From Actinomycetales bacterium (lineage in GTDB: Bacteria > Actinomycetota > Actinomycetes > Actinomycetales > CAWJMD01), in NCBI GenBank assembly GCA_047974565.1, contig JBKECN010000019.1, positions 117,801-181,800 of the forward strand: a stretch of 64,000 nt of DNA, given 5' to 3'. This document shows positions 62,137 through 64,000 of the stretch, piece after piece (positions within the stretch are counted from its first letter, which is position 1; each line of letters begins with the position of its first letter). Below the pieces are notes generated by a model, which ran no database searches, was not told the origin of the DNA, and saw nothing but the letters and a program-made list of their open reading frames with translations. A program made the position numbers and the translations under genes.

Positions 62137-63119
62137 CCAGAAACCTCCCGAGACCAGCCAGCACCGGCCAGATAGTCCTCGGCAAGGTCACACGTGGTGC
62201 GTGTGTACTCCTCCCCGAGGCTCTGGGCGAGTGCGGTGAAACGATGCGAACCAATCCATGCCACGAGCATCAACCGGCGCAGCATGATGAACGTGGCCAC
62301 CATGGCCAGGTCCTGCTCCTCCAGTGCCCGGTACCTGCGATACCCCGCCAACCAGGCATGGCACCACGAGGCCAAGCGCGGATCGGCCTCGACGAAGGAC
62401 ACCACCGCCGCCAGGTCATACAGGAACCAGGAGTATCCGGCGTCGTCGAAGTCGATGAGGGCCACGTCCGGACCGTCCACCAGCAGGTTTGCCAGTCGCA
62501 TGTCCGCATGCACCAGCCCGTACTGCTGCGCACCGGTGCCGTACTCGGTCAACCTCTCCCGCACAGTTCGAACGACCGAGGTGAACAAGCCAGCCACGGC
62601 CGCGTCAACTCCGACGCCGTCCCGGGGCCGGCCCCACCTGGCGCCCTCCCCTAGGCATGCCTCCTGGTTCCAGCTAAATCGACAAAAATTGGAAGGCGGC
62701 CGCCAGGAAAGAGCGTGCTCGTGCATCCGGGCCGCCATCTCACCGAGGGTCGGCGCGAAGTCGAGCAACTGATCATCGGCCGGTTCCACCCCGGGAATGC
62801 GACGGAACATGACGGCATGACGTTCGCGACCGTCCCGGTCGCTCAACAGACACACCTGTCGTCCCTGCACAGTGGCCATCGTAGTCGGCGCGACTAGATC
62901 AAGGTCGGCCCGAAGCGCGGCAATCCAGGCGAGTTCGGACTCGATCGACCGCGCATCGTGATACCCGGGCCGGTGCACCCGCAACACCACCGGTTCCGGC
63001 TCGTGATGCACGAAATAGGTCGCATTCTCGGAGAGATTGACGAGCTCGATGGGCGCGCGCGCATTGATCCCCCAGGCGGGCAGCGCCTGACGGGCCAACG
63101 CCTCATAGGCCGAGGACAC
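62133..63119 (-). CDS. APH/homoserine kinase type II-family phosphotransferase
   Basis: SENATY, VLRVHRPGYH, GLVHADMRLANLL and IDFDD motifs. GTGA overlap with the GntR gene. Confidence 0.9.
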   Translation of the reverse strand: MSSAYEALARQALPAWGINARAPIELVNLSENATYFVHHEPEPVVLRVHRPGYHDARSIESELAWIAALRADLDLVAPTTMATVQGRQVCLLSDRDGRERHAVMFRRIPGVEPADDQLLDFAPTLGEMAARMHEHALSWRPPSNFCRFSWNQEACLGEGARWGRPRDGVGVDAAVAGLFTSVVRTVRERLTEYGTGAQQYGLVHADMRLANLLVDGPDVALIDFDDAGYSWFLYDLAAVVSFVEADPRLASWCHAWLAGYRRYRALEEQDLAMVATFIMLRRLMLVAWIGSHRFTALAQSLGEEYTRTTCDLAEDYLAGAGWSREVSG

Positions 63120-63661
63120 GGCGAGCTCCTGCTGAATGGTGACGGCGGTCGGACGGTGCCGTTCTAGTCCGGCTCACCCGTCCCGGTCAATTGACGGCGC
63201 ATCCACACGGCGCCACACGGCGAGCCGCAGGCGGCGCGCCGACAAACCGGGCGCCCGGCCGCACCCCCGAGCTTGGCGATCTCCCAGGCACGCGGTGGAC
63301 ATCCGGGATCGACAGGATCGTTCGGCGCACCCACCCGACGAAACGCAGCGATGCCCTGTCCACCCGGGGGTTGGCTGACGAATCTGGATTCGAGTCAGCA
63401 ATCGCAGGGATTACCCATCAAGCCGCGGCGCCCGGGTGCGCTCCCGCAGGACTCCAAAAAGAAATAGCCTCATTACAGGATAAACGGAGTAATCGATCTA
63501 ACCGGAGTGGTCGGACCCGGACGCCATTGCCTCTCGCGATTCGCCCCGATGTTGTGCGGCTCTTCCGCGGCGGCCGACCCTCGTCGCCACCACGCACAGG
63601 TGTGCACCCGTGTAACGGTTCACAGGTCGGGGTCCTTGACGGCATCCAGCCAGCCCCCAGC

Positions 63662-64000
63662 AGCCCCTCCTCGCGCGCGAGGCCCTGGCTGAGGGTTTGA
63701 AGGGGCCTTCGCCGTCCTCGTAGCCCCTCCTCGCGCGCGAGGCCCTGGCCTTCAACGTCATCGTGAGGGTGTCCCCGCTGTCAGCCCCTCCTCGCGCGCG
63801 AGGCCCTGGCGATTCGCCACTTGCGGAGGAGCGTGGGCGCGCCAGCCCCTCCTCGCGCGCGAGGCCCTGGCAGCATCTTCAGTCGCCGCCGGACCAGGTG
63901 CTGGAGCCCCTCCTCGCGCGCGAGGCCCTGGCCCCACTCGGCAACCCATCCCACTATTGGTAACCAGCCCCTACCTCGCGCACCTCGCGCGCGAGGACCT
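63662..64000 (-). CRISPR. CRISPR-like array: 28-bp repeat, 5 intact copies plus 1 disrupted copy, 5 unique spacers; runs off the window
   Basis: AGCCCCTCCTCGCGCGCGAGGCCCTGGC at 63662, 63722, 63783, 63844 and 63905, with a variant at 63966. Spacers are 32, 33, 33, 33 and 33 nt and all differ. The internal palindrome is CCTCGCGCGCGAGG. Strand is inferred. Confidence 0.9.

Noticed and set aside
62133-63119. Aminoglycoside resistance kinase
   Set aside because: The fold is APH-like, but the motifs and GntR-UTRA context fit a metabolic kinase better.
63120-63661. Small ORFs or a cas gene next to the array, and a FadR-like TGGTCGGACC site at 63508
   Set aside because: The ORFs are Arg/Pro-rich shadows with no Cas motifs. 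The operator match is incomplete and the nearby regulator is HutC-type.

Overview
High-GC (roughly 70% by eye) actinobacterial chromosome segment. A conserved backbone (glbO, alpha-glucosidase, thioesterases, hrpA, fbiC, tesB, thiE/TPP riboswitch/thiOSG-thiF, TerC, ettA, a second ssb and a dynamin-like GTPase pair) is interleaved with accessory blocks. These are: (i) a 13-kb surface-polysaccharide cluster with two tandem-fused double-GT4 enzymes and a convergent secreted glycoside hydrolase, where both outer promoters carry a perfect BldD-type box; (ii) a quercetinase-esterase pair; (iii) a cNMP-CBS-DUF294 nucleotidyltransferase plus DEDDh exonuclease pair; (iv) a Trypco1 adaptor with a single polypeptide joining trypsin, CHAT (caspase-like), STAND NTPase and TPR domains, with both protease active sites intact; (v) a DUF3500-HupE/UreJ operon; (vi) a DUF222-HNH gene behind a RecA-NDp/PafBC-type promoter. 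The window ends inside a CRISPR-like array (28-bp repeat, 32-33-bp unique spacers) with type I-E geometry but an atypical repeat and no cas genes in view. All family calls come from motif recognition by eye, not database searches.
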